Source: Phoronis australis (Eukaryota; Animalia; Phoronida). Taken from it: 64,000 nt of DNA. Made by a program: the position numbers and the translations under genes. Shown piece after piece: positions 63,121 through 64,000 of the stretch. The stretch is from NCBI GenBank assembly GCA_002633005.1, contig NMRA01000355.1:394310-458309 (forward strand), read 5' to 3'. The notes below the pieces were generated by a model. It was not told the origin of the DNA. It made no database searches and was given only the letters and a program-made list of their open reading frames with translations. The stretch's first letter is position 1, and each line of letters begins with the position of its first letter.

Positions 63121-64000
63121 TTGCAGAACGGTACTGACCTGCTTAGTTACTGCGTAAAATTACGAGCTGCCAAGTGTTTTGTTTAAAATTTGCTTTTAAT
63201 TGTTTTGTGGTAAATTGTAAAGAAATTGATAGATGGACTCCGAGAAGGTGCATTTCACAGTTGGGGTGACAGAGTATCTTTTTATAGCGAAGAACACTTT
63301 GGTTACGAGAAATGTGTCTACTTAAATGAGTTATGATGACGACCTCAGAATATATGAGAGCGCCGACCATGAGCCCGCATGGCATTCTCTTATTTTCACA
63401 ACACTCTTGCAAGAGGTTTAGGAAATGCAGCAGTTGCAAAAAGAATTGGCTTTGGAGGCCCCACTACACTTGTTGGACCAATTTGACAATGAATATCAAA
63501 TGTCCCCAGCGGGAAGACATCTGTCATTTTCTGTAATGAACAGATCGGTTTGGCTAACAGAGAGGCGGACGCCAAACTAAAACTGACTAGTAAATAATGA
63601 ATATGGCTACTAGGTGGCAAAGATTACCTAAAAAGTCTCCGAAAATGGGAAGACGCCGTCGTCTCCGTAAAAGAAATGAATTGCCAAAGTTCAGGAAAGT
63701 ATGTCTAGTAACTTCAAATATATTAAGCCATACGCACAAAAATCTAAGTTGTCTCTCAGGAACGCCACATTAGTTGGACACTTGCCAAAGTTAGCGCCAG
63801 TCTAGCTCTTCTCAAGAGGAACGTACAAACCAATTTCCACATTGATCTCTCAAGGAAATCAGATGGCACGGACAAAAATTAACACTGACAAGGGCGCTCC
63901 ACATCTTGCTAAGCCGTCGGAAAATCAGCGTCAGCTCTCCTATCTCCAATACGAATAATCTACAACTGCCAAAAACAAACTCGAAATTAATAGCAACTGC

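Larger units (their letters stand above)
45790..63137 (+). repeat. Segmental duplication unit B
   Basis: Same order as unit A (Penelope fragment, candidate exon, hAT relic, NTase-TPR ORF), plus ~2 kb (50250-52295) absent from A and a local duplication of the hAT end (about 53420-53770 vs 53925-54260). Confidence 0.9.

Overview
Animal (invertebrate-type, AT-rich, intron-containing) draft-assembly DNA with single-N contig joins (673, 4026, 20471, 59552) and one gap (31622-31860). The left third holds two housekeeping genes head-to-head: the 5' part of mitochondrial CLPX (minus strand) and a complete 5-exon RNA polymerase III subunit RPC7/POLR3G gene (plus strand). Their introns carry Kolobok, RTE, Helentron-associated and MITE insertions. 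The right two thirds are a tandem segmental duplication (about 20.7-36.4 kb versus 45.8-63.1 kb) separated by a decayed Academ transposon and an L1/Tx1 fragment. Each duplicated unit ends in an intronless ORF encoding a Pol-beta-superfamily (DUF294/GlnD-GlnE-like) nucleotidyltransferase fused to about 12-13 near-identical 43-aa (129-bp) TPR repeats. The repeats vary mainly at helix-face positions and are homogenised separately in each paralog. One copy lost its catalytic motif through a 650-bp deletion, both arrays contain in-frame stops, and a candidate upstream exon encodes an MGCxxS/CC lipid-anchor motif. This NTase-TPR cluster is the best candidate for an undescribed variable-sensor/enzyme-effector system. 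All family assignments are from motif recognition by eye; no searches were run.
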